Origin: Lama guanicoe
Taxonomy: Eukaryota
Reading direction: 5' to 3'
Length of the DNA stretch: 64,000 nucleotides
Assembly (NCBI GenBank): GCA_013239625.1
Contig: MU054117.1
Coordinates: 3,648,677-3,712,676, forward strand
The notes beneath the pieces were generated by a model that saw only the letters and a program-made list of their open reading frames with translations, ran no database searches and had not been told where the DNA came from. How positions within the stretch are numbered: position 1 is the first letter of the stretch; every line of letters starts with the position of its first letter. Below, piece after piece: positions 13,225 through 25,440 of the stretch. The translations under genes and the position numbers were made by a program.

Positions 13225-13620
13225 GATAATTTTTAAGGATCTTATCAAGGAACATCTTGACTGGTTATTTGTCTCGTTTAAAACGGTGTTTCAGAAACCC
13301 TTTCTGGGGGTGGGGTGTCTCTTCAAATAACATGGTCAATCCAAGATACAACTGAAGCAACCTCGCTTTCTCTGAAACTCATGGCCTCTTTCTTCAGTGC
13401 AACACCGGGGTTGAATTTGGACAATACATTCGCAGTTTGGTCTCAGGTAGGCTCCCAAGTAGAGGGGGTCGGCATTTGACCAGTGGGGATCAAACTTTGA
13501 AAAGGGGAAAAGAAGTGAGGTCCAAGGGAGTAAAGTAATTGATTATATTTGCTTAAATTGTTTTTGATTTGAAACTGTATTCTTCGTTTGCTGACCAAGC
13601 TTTACAGGAAGGATAGTGGG

Positions 13621-13645
13621 GTGTGTGTGTGTGTGTGTGTGTGTG
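13621..13645. repeat. (GT)12 microsatellite
   Basis: Direct read. Confidence 0.95.
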
Positions 13646-14644
13646 CAATAGCGCCGTGGTCTGGCATCCAGTAGCTTGACAGTTACTCTGTGGCGTTAGA
13701 AGTGATTTTGTTGTGTCAGAGCGTAGTGATCCCAAAGTGTGCTTCACGTACGCCTTCCCTGCATAGTTCTATGGGTGGTTAATATTTCTTTCTTCCTATT
13801 TATTTTAAAAATGATGCATTGATACATCTTTTTTTGATTCTTCCTGAGATTTAGAGATTCTCTTTCCTTCCTTGTGACTATCACATTTTATACAAGCTCT
13901 TTGAAGTTAAAGAAAACAAGGTTCCATGCTCTGTGACAGGTGTCTGTCCCATGCCAAACGCTTTGGTGGGGCTGGTACGTCATCCTGGAACTGGATTGCA
14001 TTGTGAGAGGTTCAAATGGTAAGAGTCGGAGATGAATCTTGCTTTTGCTGTGGAAGTTCCCACTGAAAGAAGATGATGAGGCTGGGCAGGCTGCCCACCA
14101 TTTTTCTGTTGTGGCTGGAAAACAGGCAAGGCTGAGCTCTGGCCGAGAAGGGTCCGGAAGAGCTAGAGCCACATCAGTGCGGTGGGCCCACGAGCCAGGG
14201 CATTCACAGCCCCGAGGGTGATTCTCAGAGCTCTTCTTGAAGCAGAGGCAGGCAGACCCAGGTAGCAGCAGGGGCAGGGCGACCCCGGAATGTATTATTG
14301 ACAGAGCTTCAGAATGAAGTCAGGTTGGTTTTAAGGGAGGCCAAGCAGAGGAGTCAAGAGCAGAGGTCTGATGTGATGTGATGCCAGCTCCTCTGCCGCT
14401 GGGTTGGGAAGCTGGCTGAAGCTTCCTGCCATCAGTCTAGACTTGTGGAGCCCGCCAGGCCTGAGGGTGGGGGGAAGGCAAGCCCTGAGGCTGGGCAGAG
14501 TGTGCCCCATGGCAAAGTCCTGTGTGGATAAGACAGCGTGGTCATGCCTCAGAACTGGAAAGCAGCCCTTTGAACCAGCTTAAAAGCAGATAATCAAAAT
14601 ATTCTACTAAATTAATTGAATCCAATATATCTTTGATTAAAAAA

Positions 14645-14780
14645 TTTTTTTAATTAATTTTTTTGGGAGGGAGGTAATTGATTTATTTACTGTAATTTTT
14701 TTTAGTGGAGGTACCGGGGATTGAACCCAGGACCTCGTGCATGCTAAGCATGCGCTCTACCACTGAGCTATACCCTCCCC
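14645..14780 (-). mobile_element. tRNA-Ala(AGC)-derived SINE (camelid Vic-1 type), young copy
   Basis: Reverse complement GGGGAGGGTATAGCTCAGTGGTAGAGCGCATGCTTAGCATGCACGAGGTCCTGGGTTCAATCCCCGGTACCTCCA, followed by an AT-rich tail with ATTACCTCCC and poly(A). Two related copies in the window. Confidence 0.9.
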
Positions 14781-14927
14781 ACTACCATTGATTTTTAAGA
14801 TGCACCGTTGTTTGATATATTTGTAAGAAAGAGAGAACTTTGACAATTATGACTGGCCTTTGCATTGATTCATCCCAGTTTTAGAGATGTAAGAATGTAA
14901 ACAGAACAAAACAAAAGGAATCAACAT

Positions 14928-15003
14928 CAAATCACTATGTTGTACACTTGAAACTAATTTAATATTGTAAGTCAACTCTACTTCCATAAATTTTTTTAAA
15001 AAA
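14928..15003 (+). mobile_element. Short L1 3'-end fragment
   Basis: ATCACTATGTTGTACACTTGAAACTAAT..ATTGTAAGTCAACT.TACTTC plus A-rich tail. Confidence 0.75.
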
Positions 15004-15389
15004 GGAAAGAATCTTCAAATTGATGAACTACAGGGGTTCTAATGCGTGTTCCCCTTTGTTTCCTGGTGTGACAATAAGTCTGAATTCTAAACCCATTACG
15101 GAGGGCAGTTTCTTGAACCCTGGCTAGAACCTTTAGGTCTTCTTTGAATTACCTTCTTATGCAACAGTGTTTCTGCTCAGCTCTGGCCTTGACTTAGGCT
15201 TTGGGCTGATACCTTTTGGAGCTCCCTGTCTGTATGTTGTTGGGCGTCCAGAGATCATTTACTTTAGAGGGCCTTAGATCGCGTTCTGTCTAAACGGTTA
15301 TTAGCTGGGGCTGTGCTGGAAGGTGGAGCGTCATATGGCAAAGAAAGACTTGTGAGCTGTGCTGAGGGCTGCGGGCTCTTTCAGGCTTT

Positions 15390-15500
15390 AAGTTGCTCAT
15401 ATATAAAAAGGAAATGCAAATACCACGTAGGGTTGTGTGGATTAAATGAGATAAGTTAGCACGGTCCGTAAAGTCGAGCATGTTCCATGAATGTGAGATA
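15390..15500 (+). mobile_element. MIR fragment
   Basis: CTCATATATAAAAAGG..TAGGGTTGTGTGGATTAAATGAGATAA. Confidence 0.7.
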
Positions 15501-18072
15501 TTAAAAGAGATGTTACTATACGAATTATAATGGTGAGCGGAGGAGCAGGGGGAGGAGATGGACTTTACAGGAAGACTCCGGGGGATCAGGGGCTTGATTC
15601 AAAAATTAACTGTACGATGTGGAACTTGAAAGCTTGGGGCAGAGATGTTTCCAGGAGGAAACTTCAGTACATCCCGCATATTTGCCAGCTAGGCAGCGGC
15701 CCCACAGAACGCGGAGCCACTGCTGCCAGTTTTGTCTTTCCCTGGCCCTGCGTCTTAATACTGTTTTACCTCTTCAGACTCCAAATATCAAGGGTGAACT
15801 GCCATGCAAAAAGCTGAGGAAAAAGAAGGTATCTTTAATAATTTTCATCTCTTCTCTTTGCCTCATTTCCCCCTTGTGCAAAATATTGTGTCATTTGAAT
15901 TTTTCTCTTGCCACCTGTGAATATTGAAAAATAAAGCAAGATGTTGTTTCCAAAATTTTCTCCTATGCTTGTCTGAGAGACATTATATAAATATAAAAAC
16001 CTATTCTTAACTTCCCTTACTAGAAATAAATCACCCTCATGAGCATGTATGAGTCAATACAGCCTTTTTCTGGGCTAGCACCTATACTACAAAGATGCTT
16101 ATGAAAATTTATAAGTTATAGTATCTCTTCGGGGGTCCAGCCTTCTTTCATAAAACTGCATAAAGAAGCTGTGATTTCAATAGCAGCAAGACTGTCATCC
16201 GGTTTTCTTAAGGAATTTCATTGTAATTAAGTAAGGAGTTGAGTATCTGAGAATCTTTGGTTCAGGAAACATTTTCTAGAAATGAAACTTCAAGTGTGAG
16301 ATTGAGTTCTCTAATTGCTTATGGTTTTTTTTTAAAAATAGATTTGACATGATCTGTTCACGTTGGCTCGTTTGCTGTAATAGCGTTTCAAGTGCTGAGC
16401 ATTAAATGCATTTTAGGAACATTTCTAGAGAAACTAATTCTAGTTGAAATGTATTTTTTCAGAACTGAAATCAGAGGACGATGAATGACCAGGTGCTTAA
16501 GCTTAAGTTTGGGATAATTTAAGTTTTGAGCACAGGGCCAAATCCAACTTTTATTAAAAATGCTTATTCCTCAACTCCTGAGTTAAGGGTGTTTAGAAAT
16601 CCAAGACACTTTATCTCTACAGTGATTTTCTTTTTCATTCGGTACAATATAATTATTTCAGTATTTCAGAAAAGGAGTAATTTGGTTTTAAGTGAATTTC
16701 CAAGAGAATCTCTCTGGGACTGAGATTTCCCCCACGAAGTGTTTCCTCTTCATTAACAGCCAAAACGGAAGTTTCGGAGAATGGTTGTATGTAAGTCAGT
16801 CCTACAAGAAGGGACGTTCCCTGCTCAGTTTTTGAAAAATCGCAGGAGATCAGCTTATTTTTATTTTATTTTATTTTATTTAAAAAAATTTTTTTTGAGA
16901 TCAGCTTATTTTTTAGAGACATTTCCAGTTAAGGCAGAATGGTTTTCTTTTAAGTTTCTGGAGGATGAAATCCCATTTGTTGGGATTTTTAAAATAATGC
17001 CTATCTCTAATGGATAAAAGGGAGTCCTCTAAACGCCATTTCATCGCAATGTAGATAATTCAGAAAACAGAATAATGTAACTTTATAACATACACGTTGA
17101 TCAGTGTGTGGGAAGAAAAATGTTTGTCCACTGTAGGAATTTCCAGGTGGTGCATCAGAGTGGTGTTTCAAGGCAGGGATGCCCACTGGATGGGTGAGAG
17201 GAGGTTGTTCAGCACAAGGAAGCCGAATACTTGACTTTAATTATAATTCTCCGGAGTCTGCAGTGAGAGAATGATGGGTAACATGAGAACTGCGGTGTTT
17301 CATCTGCCTGAAGGCGGGAAGTTTGGCATAGGATGGCCTTCCAGTCTGCAGCTTTAATGGATGACCAGGAAATGGGTCGACATTGAGGAGATTTAAGAGC
17401 TTGGCTCATCTGCTGTACAATAAGCCATGTCCTAGCCACTCATTAATTACCCTTGCTTATTATGGTGACTGAAATAATGGCTCATCAGTTAATGCGATGG
17501 ACTATTATGCTGTTTAATAAAAGCTATATAAATAGTCTTCTAGGTCATTTTAATGAGCTCAACGGTCAGCCAAGTTGTGACGGAAATGGTGCCAGACTCT
17601 GCACTAAATTATCCAGGAAGTTTGCTGGTGCTCAGTAAGGTAGACCCTTGTTATCACAGTTTATTTAAACTGAGTCTTACAGAGAGAAGTGGGATTCATT
17701 AGATGATTCTAAGGTGTGATCTTGGGAAGCCCCAGGACTCTAGGGTCCAAAACAAGAACACCATTTCCGTAGGTCCCAGACCTACATAGTGACCTAAAGG
17801 GAAAATTATTTAAGATGATTTTTATAAGACAAAGTCTTGTAATGTGAACAGAAGTAACCATGTTTCACTTAAATGCATTTCCTTTGTATCTGATGATTTT
17901 ATTTTAGGTGCAAGCTCCGCCATTCACATACATTATACAGTAACTCTGCGGGTGGAAATTCTGAACCGCTCAGCCTGTTACAGCGATTCCCAGCGTCTGA
18001 CTGGGCTGACGTTGAACCTTGTTGTGTCGGATTCAGTTCCCCAATTTAGTTCACATAGTAGTTGAGATTCTT

Positions 18073-18105
18073 AAACAAACAAACAAACAAACAAACAAAC
18101 AAAAC
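18073..18105. repeat. (AAAC)n microsatellite
   Basis: Direct read, ~7 units. Confidence 0.95.
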
Positions 18106-20173
18106 TTGTTCTTGGTGCTGTTTCTTTGGGGGAAGATTCTTTTTTGTGGTTCCCTTTGACAGGGATTGTAATTTTAGTCAAAATAGTTCATTGATAATTG
18201 AGTTCCCTCCCTAGACCTGAAGCCTGGACACTTACGGAAAATAGATTTTTTTGGTCTGTTCTGCTTGAGACTGGATTACCACATTTTCCGTATATACCTT
18301 TGTTTCCCTCGATGGTCAGATGTTGGCAGTTAATTTTACCGGAAAATTGTTGCTCATAGTCTTTGACTGTCTTTTGGGTGGATGGCTGTAGACATTTGAG
18401 TATTTCTCGAGAGCCATAAAAGTCTTTTTACGGGCATTTCAGTGTATGTACCTTTCAAGATTCAAAGTGGGGAAGGGGGCTGGACACTTAACTTGAAGAT
18501 GGAGAACTAGGACTCTGTAAAAATAAGTGCTTCTGGGAAGACCTACAGAACCAGGAATTATATGCCAGGTGTGTTTTATCCCTTGCTTATGCTACTGAAA
18601 GCCCACACATTATTTATTTGGGGGTCCTGATGTCTGTGTCACCAGGAAAATGCCTGCCAGCCCCAGCTCATGCCTACGCGTGTGCACACACCTGTACACA
18701 CATGAACACACACGTACATGCATGTCTCCGCAGTCTGACCTCTATCCTTCTACCTGTCCATGAACCCGCAGGTGTCACCTGGGCTATGGGGCGGGTAGGT
18801 CTCAGCCCAGATAGGGTAACACTTTCAGTTGATTCTAAACATTTGTCACCACTCCTTTTAGTTAAAGAAAAAAAAATCATAAAAATAGCATGATAAAGTT
18901 TTCCATTTTGCAATTAAAGAACTGCCATTTAAATGAAAGAAAAGAAAAGAAAACAAAAAAACAGCAAAATCTGGGGGTCCCAGGACATTTTCCTCTGGGC
19001 TGTGGGTGCTCACCCCACGGAGAGCGGTGAGGGAGGCTCTGGTTCTCTCCCGCCTGGCTCACGCCCCATTGCCCCCAGGACGGCGCAGGTGCACCCGGAG
19101 AGGACAGTATGCCTGGTGGGTCCCTGCCGGGGCCAGCGGTGTGGTCCTCTCCAAACACTGTCCCTGGTCTCTTCTCACCTGGGCCATTTCCTGCTGTGCT
19201 GTCAGATTCAAAAAGTGTGTATTTTCTGGCGTATGATCCGCGGAGGAAGTGGCACTTCCCAGGGGAACCCCAGGCCAGAAGCTCCAGGTTGCTGCCTTGG
19301 CTTTGCAGAGTCTGGGTTTGTGGGCCCCATGGTGTGTCTCTAAGGCTTCGTGAGCGGATGTATAAACACAGGTGAGAACCAGAGGACCTGTCTCAGGGAT
19401 GCTGTTTGGCTGACTCAAAAATGAAAATTTTGATGCCTCTTGAAGAAAGGTGTTTTACTGCCACAAAGGCTGGCAACACTCCTCAAATTTGAAAGACGGA
19501 GGATTGTTTTAAATGGATGACAACGTATGGGCTTTAATAATGTACTAATGCCATCCAGTTTCAGTGTTTTTTCAGTTCAAGCCTCAGTGAGCTTAGACCC
19601 TCTGGCTTTATTTAAACTCTAAACAGAAATTGCACTTCTGTTTGTTTCATGTGCAAAACCCACATAATTGAATGGTGTCTTGGTTAAAGGGGAAGTGTAA
19701 TGTGTCCTTTTCTATCTTTTACAAGGTGTAGGGAAATTTCACGCACATTGTTTTATTTGACCCTTGAGACAGCTTCTTGAGGTGGAGGGTAAGGTGGAGA
19801 CATTTGTCTCCTGTTGCAGGTTGCGTCCCCTGGGGAACAAGGTCTGAGGTGGAGAAGATTGGCAGGAAGATTGTCGGGGATGCTTCCGAGGTGGGAAGAG
19901 AAAGCAAGGGTGAGCAGGGGAGAAGTCGGGCTGCAACACAGTCACAAGAGAGGCCCGGCCATCCCTGCGGGAGCTCTGAGTCTGGGATGACCCTTCAGAG
20001 TCATCCTGAGTGGGACCAGGCCTTTAGAAGTTCTCGTTGGTCCATCTTTGGATGAGGCTGCCCCGGGAAGGACCGTGACCTTGGCTGAGGTGACGCTCTT
20101 CACCAGAGGCAGCTTCTGAGGAGGACTGATGACGAGGGCTCTCCCAGCAGCTGGGGGACTGAGTCCTCCAGGC

Positions 20174-20556
20174 AGGAAGGGGGCTTGGGGTGAGGGAAGG
20201 CACCGGGAGGGAGGAAGAGGAACATGCAGAAGACCATCAGTTTCCAATAATCAAGAGTTGACTGCAGTTTGTAGACTGACCTGTTAAATGGACAGAGTGC
20301 TCGGAGGCCCCTGGAGATGCTCCTCTCTAATGCATGCTAGAAGCATCAAGGAAGGGGGCTTGGGTGATGCCTCGCAGCACCCACCACCAGGGCTGGGGGT
20401 GAGGGAAGGCACCGGGAGGGAGGAAGAGGAACATGCAGAAGACCATCAGTTTCCAATAATCAAGAGTTGACTGCAGTTTGTAGATTGACCTGTTAAATGG
20501 ACAGAGTGCTCGGAGGCCCCTGGAGATGCTCCTCTCTAATGCATGCTAGAAGCATC
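20174..20556. repeat. Recent tandem duplication, copies 20174-20347 and 20349-20556
   Basis: 161-nt core (20187-20347 vs 20396-20556) is identical except C20276/T20485. Shared head AGGAAGGGGGCTTGGG. Confidence 0.97.
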
Positions 20557-23500
20557 TTCCTGACTGGCCAGAGCTCTCCTGTATGGATCGAGTTCAATTA
20601 TTAATCAGGAGTGATGGGGGATGCTGGCTAATGCTGCCTAATGGCACGGGCCGGGTGACTGTGCTCGCTGTAATGTGTGCTCAGAGCACAGGCTTGGATG
20701 GTATCGACGTGGCCAGCTCCTTGCTTCGCCTGGGCACCTCTGTGGTGTAGTGCTTTGAGGTCCCAGTGAAATGCACCAAACCGCTTGTGTGACTTAATGC
20801 ATCTGGATAACATTAGCACTTCCTCTTAATGTGCCACAGGGATGATAAAGATGTGCCTGGAAGGGAGCTGGTGGGAAGGGGGCTTTTAAAAGGAGACTCT
20901 CAGAACCTGTGGCACTATCCCCCTGCCCCTAAGTGTTTTTGTGGCCAATTTAGAATGGCTTGGCATGGAGTTTGTGCACCTGCATCCTCGTTAAGAGAGG
21001 CAGCTTGGCATTTGGACCAGAAATGACAGGATTATTTAGATTTTTCAGCTGAAAACAGATCTTGGGGTGGGGGGATTCATTGTTTGGATAGCTTTGCACT
21101 TGGAGCTGAGAAAAAAATCCTCTAGGCCGTGTGATTTATGGTAATCCTTCTGACTCTGGGTTTTGGACCTGCTCGCAGGAAATCTGCATTTGCTAAGAGC
21201 TTGTTGCACCAGAAACAGATCTGGCCCAAAGTGGATTTGAAACTATACGGAGAACAAGTTTGATTCTCTAAACTTCTGTCACCTTGTCATATTGAGTCAC
21301 ACTTGTGCTGGAAATCTAGATTTCATATTTTGCGTCCCAAACCTTAGCCTTTTAATATTCGAAGTTTAGAATAAAATGCCCTCTCCTTTGGGCTTAGGTA
21401 GTAGGTCATATAACCCTGTGGATCCCCGAAGTTTACAACCTACCCCTTTAAGGAGTAAGGCTGGATTAGCCGCGTTCAAGGCGGGCCAGCTTCAGAGGTG
21501 CCGAAGACCTATGGTGTTTAGACGTTGCCACCGCCGTCAGGGCCATGCTGTTGCCTGAAACATGCAGGTCCCTGCACAAAAGTAGTGGGAAGACACCGAG
21601 GGTTGTTACCTCGTACCTCCATGCTGCGAATAGTGTCTGTGTGTTCCTTTGCAGTGCCTTTGCTTTTCAACTTACTTTTCATTCTTCTTTAATTAAAAAT
21701 GTCTAGCCACCAGGGAAAAACACTAGCTAAGTATGACCCTGTTTCAGATCAGACTCTTCTGGAAAAGTGGCCTATGGGGAAAAGCTGAGTTGGAACAGAA
21801 AAGTCCTTCTCTTTCTGGCACTAGAAGCATCATGGCTGCCATCTGATCCTTCTAGAAAAATGAGCAAGTCTCCCCAAACGGAGCCCCTTCTCTCAAGGAT
21901 AACAAAATCGGAAGGGCTGTAGACAACCGAGATCACGAACAGCTCAGTGTCTTCTGGTGAAGGAAAGAGTTATTTCTTTGGTGTGTGTGTACTGAGTAGG
22001 CACACGGCACTCCAGGGATAGACTGAATTTTTGCAAATAAAAATATTTGCTCCCACTTAAGACTCTGCTCATCCGGAAAGATATTTGTGGGGGGGGGTCT
22101 AAGTCACCCGCCCTCCCACTGCATTCCTGCGTGACTACTGCCACAGCCACGGGAGCAGGCTTGAGAGGCACTGGCCGTGGCCATTTTCCTTCACGCAAAG
22201 CGTGCAGAGCGTGGTCAGGAGCAAACACTGCCCCAGGCTTCAGCTGTGCCATGCCCTGGCTGATCTGGGATGGCTGTCTTGAACAGGAGAGCTTCTAATT
22301 AGATAGAGTTTGTGTGCATCCACGCTTAAGGATGGAACGATTGGAGTCTATTACATACGTGATTGCTTGTATAGTTTATTTGTCTCAGGACACAAAAAAC
22401 GGGACTCCTGAACACAAAGTACCAAGTGAGATCTCACGTGAGAACGTTACAGAAGTTCTAGGTTTGCATCGGCTGGAATTCAGTTACATTTTGCTGGGAT
22501 CTCAAGTGCAAATAGTATGAGACATGGAAATTCGTATCGACCAAGGCAGTTTCGTGAGCATATACTCCAGTCCAGAGCTGTAATAGCCAAAAAAAAAAAA
22601 AAGTCTAGACAACATCTGAGCTCTGGAATAGTTTTAGTTACTATGGAATGAAAGTTTCTTGGGTGCCAGTTACTCAAGAGAGAAGAGGAGGAAGTCCAGC
22701 CTCACTGTGGAGTTTTCTGTCGGGTCTTTGCAGCCACAGGAAAGCGGCAGCTCCATGGGCTTCCTGGCTGCATCCTGGGCACTGTTTCCATGATGGTGTT
22801 CTTGTCACAGAAGTGGCATCAGAGAGGTGCTGGCTTGGAAGGAAAGAAGGGTCTTGTTTTGTTTGGGTTTGGGCTTTTTTCTCAGAAGCTAAATCTGGGC
22901 TCAGAAACCATTTACTGTGTCGTTGTGTTAATGCAGCCGTCACTCCCATAGCTGGCCCTTTTTTTTGTTGTTTTTTGGTGGAATGTTAAGACACAAGCCT
23001 TCATTTCCATTGCAGCACAGAGATCTTTATATCCAGAGAAACCAAACTGGTTATTTGGACCTTGCCCATAAGCTGCCTTGGCTACGCGTCACGGCACCGC
23101 AGACCCAGAGCTGGCCTGAACCTTTCCGGTCATCTTCTTTCACCTTTTCCATGTTTGACTCACCTCCACAGCCTCCTTGCCAGGTCCCCATCCTTTCAGT
23201 GTTGTGGTCCTGGAAGAGCTTGGCAGTTACCGGTTTGCAAATCCAGCTCTTTACCGTTATCTCCGTGCATCATGAACTTGATTCTGCTGCAGAAGAGGGC
23301 AGAGCAGTGGGTGTCCCACTGCCCAGGGGCAGAGAGCTGGGTGGGAGAAGGGACGGAAGCCAGGAATCCTGATTCTCTGCCCGGGATGTGGGCATGCAGT
23401 CTCATATGGCTGTGAGGATCGGTGATCTGATGCGAACTTAGGAAGATGATGTAAATACCAGTGAATATGGGGCATTCAGGTGCCCCTCCTAAGGCGTCCT

Positions 23501-24499
23501 GTCGGGACAGAGAGACTGCACAGCATGATGTTAGGAACATTCAGTGAAGCCGAATCCAAAATGCATTTGTTTTTCCGAACAGAGCTGTTTATAATTTACA
23601 CATATTCATTAAAAAAAAAAAGGTTTGTTGAGGTCTTCCTGGTACAAGATATACACGATTGTGTGTTTCACCCGGGCTGCATCTCATAATGTTAAATATT
23701 TGAAATGGTGTTTCGGCACACCCCATGTTATCTCATGGGCCCAAGCACGCTGGCGTGAAGGAAAGAAGCCAGGCTTCCCAGCTGGGAATTTTAGCAAACA
23801 TACAAGAGTGGTCTGCTTTTTTAGATGCTTGATAACATTATTCTCTGCTTTGAAAATACGAATACTTCCCTAGTACATAAACCCCAAATTCCATAGCACA
23901 GTAACGGAGGACCTTAAAATCCAACCCAGCAAATCTCCCGTGCAAGGAATGCACCTGCTCTCGTCCCTTTGAAGTAGCGGGAGCTTGGGGACGTTTCATT
24001 CCTGATCCGCTTTGTTCATCGCGCATGGGACCTCACAGGACCACTCGGCATTTCTAGAAAGTGTATTAAAGGTACCTTTATTTCAGAGTCATCACGCCTT
24101 TGCGGGACTGTCCAGTCCGTGATATGGCCCTACTCTCCCACGTTTATTTTTAATAGACAGCTATTCAAAGATCCAGCTCAGACATCTGCGACCGCTCTCC
24201 CCACCACGACACTTTGTGAACCGTATTGGAACTAATTCTTATTTTCACGTGTCACTCCTATTACACCGAGCTCCTCAGGGAGCAGGATGCATGTTTGGTA
24301 CCGAGTCAGAGCTCAGTCAATACTGAATGAATGAGGAAAGAGAGTATTTTGCTGTGTTGGGTGCTGTCTCAGGACTCAGGAAAATTTTGCAAGCAGGTAG
24401 GATTCTTAAGTGCTTCAATATATTATTTATGAACAGCTTTCTTCAAGGAGCTCTGTGTTCCAAAGTCTTCAGCTCTGCTTCATCCTTCCAGATTTACCA

Positions 24500-25440
24500 T
24501 TTGACTCTCTGAGAACAGGGTGACGAGTTCCCCATCTGCCACTCCTGTGGGCACGAAACAGGCTTCTCTCCTCCACACGGCCCGCGAGGTCTTCCTCGTG
24601 AATTTCCCCCTGGAGCCATGAAATCAGCCATTCCGCCAGGGCCTTGCAACTGCACTCCTTTAAGCAGCCCTGGGAGAGCGAAGGAGACAGGAGTCCTTTC
24701 TGGAAAAGACAGTGAAACAAGCCCAGAAAAGGAAGAGGAACTTCTGAAAATGACACTGAATTAATGGCAGACCCAGGACTAGAAACCAGAAGGCCCAACA
24801 GGGCTGAAATGTCCCCCCGCTCAGAAGTCAGACACTGACTAGCCACAGAGCGGGGCGCTGCCTCTCGTCGCCCTGCTCTCACGCCCGGGGGTGGCGCGGG
24901 CGCGGCTGCTTCGCTCTGCTGAGCATTGAGCGTTCGCGGCTCATGAAGGCAGTTCAGCGCTTTCAGTGCTTTCAGGACTAAGCCAGCCCGAGGCTCCCCG
25001 CTACCTCAAAAACTATGGAACCTTGGAGGTTTTTAAAAAAGCAAATTTTTTTCTAAATCAGTGACTTCGGTGAGAGCCCTGCTGAGGCTCAGGTGGTCTC
25101 TGTGGGGGGGTCTTGTCACCCAGCGGGTCCCTGCCCTCCTCTCCTTTGCCGAGACTGCCCCCCCAGCCCCATCGTGAGCTGCTGCTTTGTCCTCCGTGGT
25201 GCTGGCAGCACCTCCCAACTTAGCATCCTCCTGCCTCTGATGAACGTGCTCCAGTGCTTTCTCCTCCGACCTCGTCATTAATAAAGACGCTCAGGGAAAC
25301 CGGGCCCAGCACCCACCCACGGAACACCCCGCTAAACACCTCCCACCCCCTTGCAACAGAGCCATTTATCGTTCCCCTTTGTTTACAATCCTCTCCACTG
25401 TTTCTCATCCATGTGGCAGCGTTCTTATCCCGGCCAACTC
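24500..25440 (-). mobile_element. Ancient L3/CR1 LINE remnant including reverse-transcriptase motifs
   Basis: Minus-strand peptides KQRGTINGS..EVFSGVFRGWVLGPVSLSVFIND and EDAKLGGAASTTEDKAA match CR1 RT motifs (QRVVINGS..VTSGVPQGSVLGP.LFNIFINDL; FADDTKLGG..EDR). Core 25170-25410 is clear, extension to 24500 is weaker. Confidence 0.75.

Larger units (their letters stand above)
8007..13245 (+). other. KCNA1: KCNA1 long 3'UTR (~5.2 kb)
   Basis: Apparently TE-free sequence from the stop codon to ATTAAA at 13219. Length is consistent with the known ~8-kb Kv1.1 mRNA. Confidence 0.7.
14620..15033 (-). mobile_element. MER104-like (TcMar-Tc2) DNA element, interrupted by a SINE and an L1 fragment
   Basis: TTGATT..TAAGATGCAC at one end, CATCCCAGTTTTAGAGATGTAAGAATG internally, ATCTTCAAATTGATGAACTACAG at the other end (degenerate TIRs). 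Confidence 0.5.

Noticed and set aside
14706..14780. tRNA-Ala(AGC) gene
   Set aside because: The acceptor stem is non-canonical (GGGGAGGGTA head), the anticodon stem has a mismatch, it carries a SINE tail, and two diverged sister copies are present. It is a SINE head.
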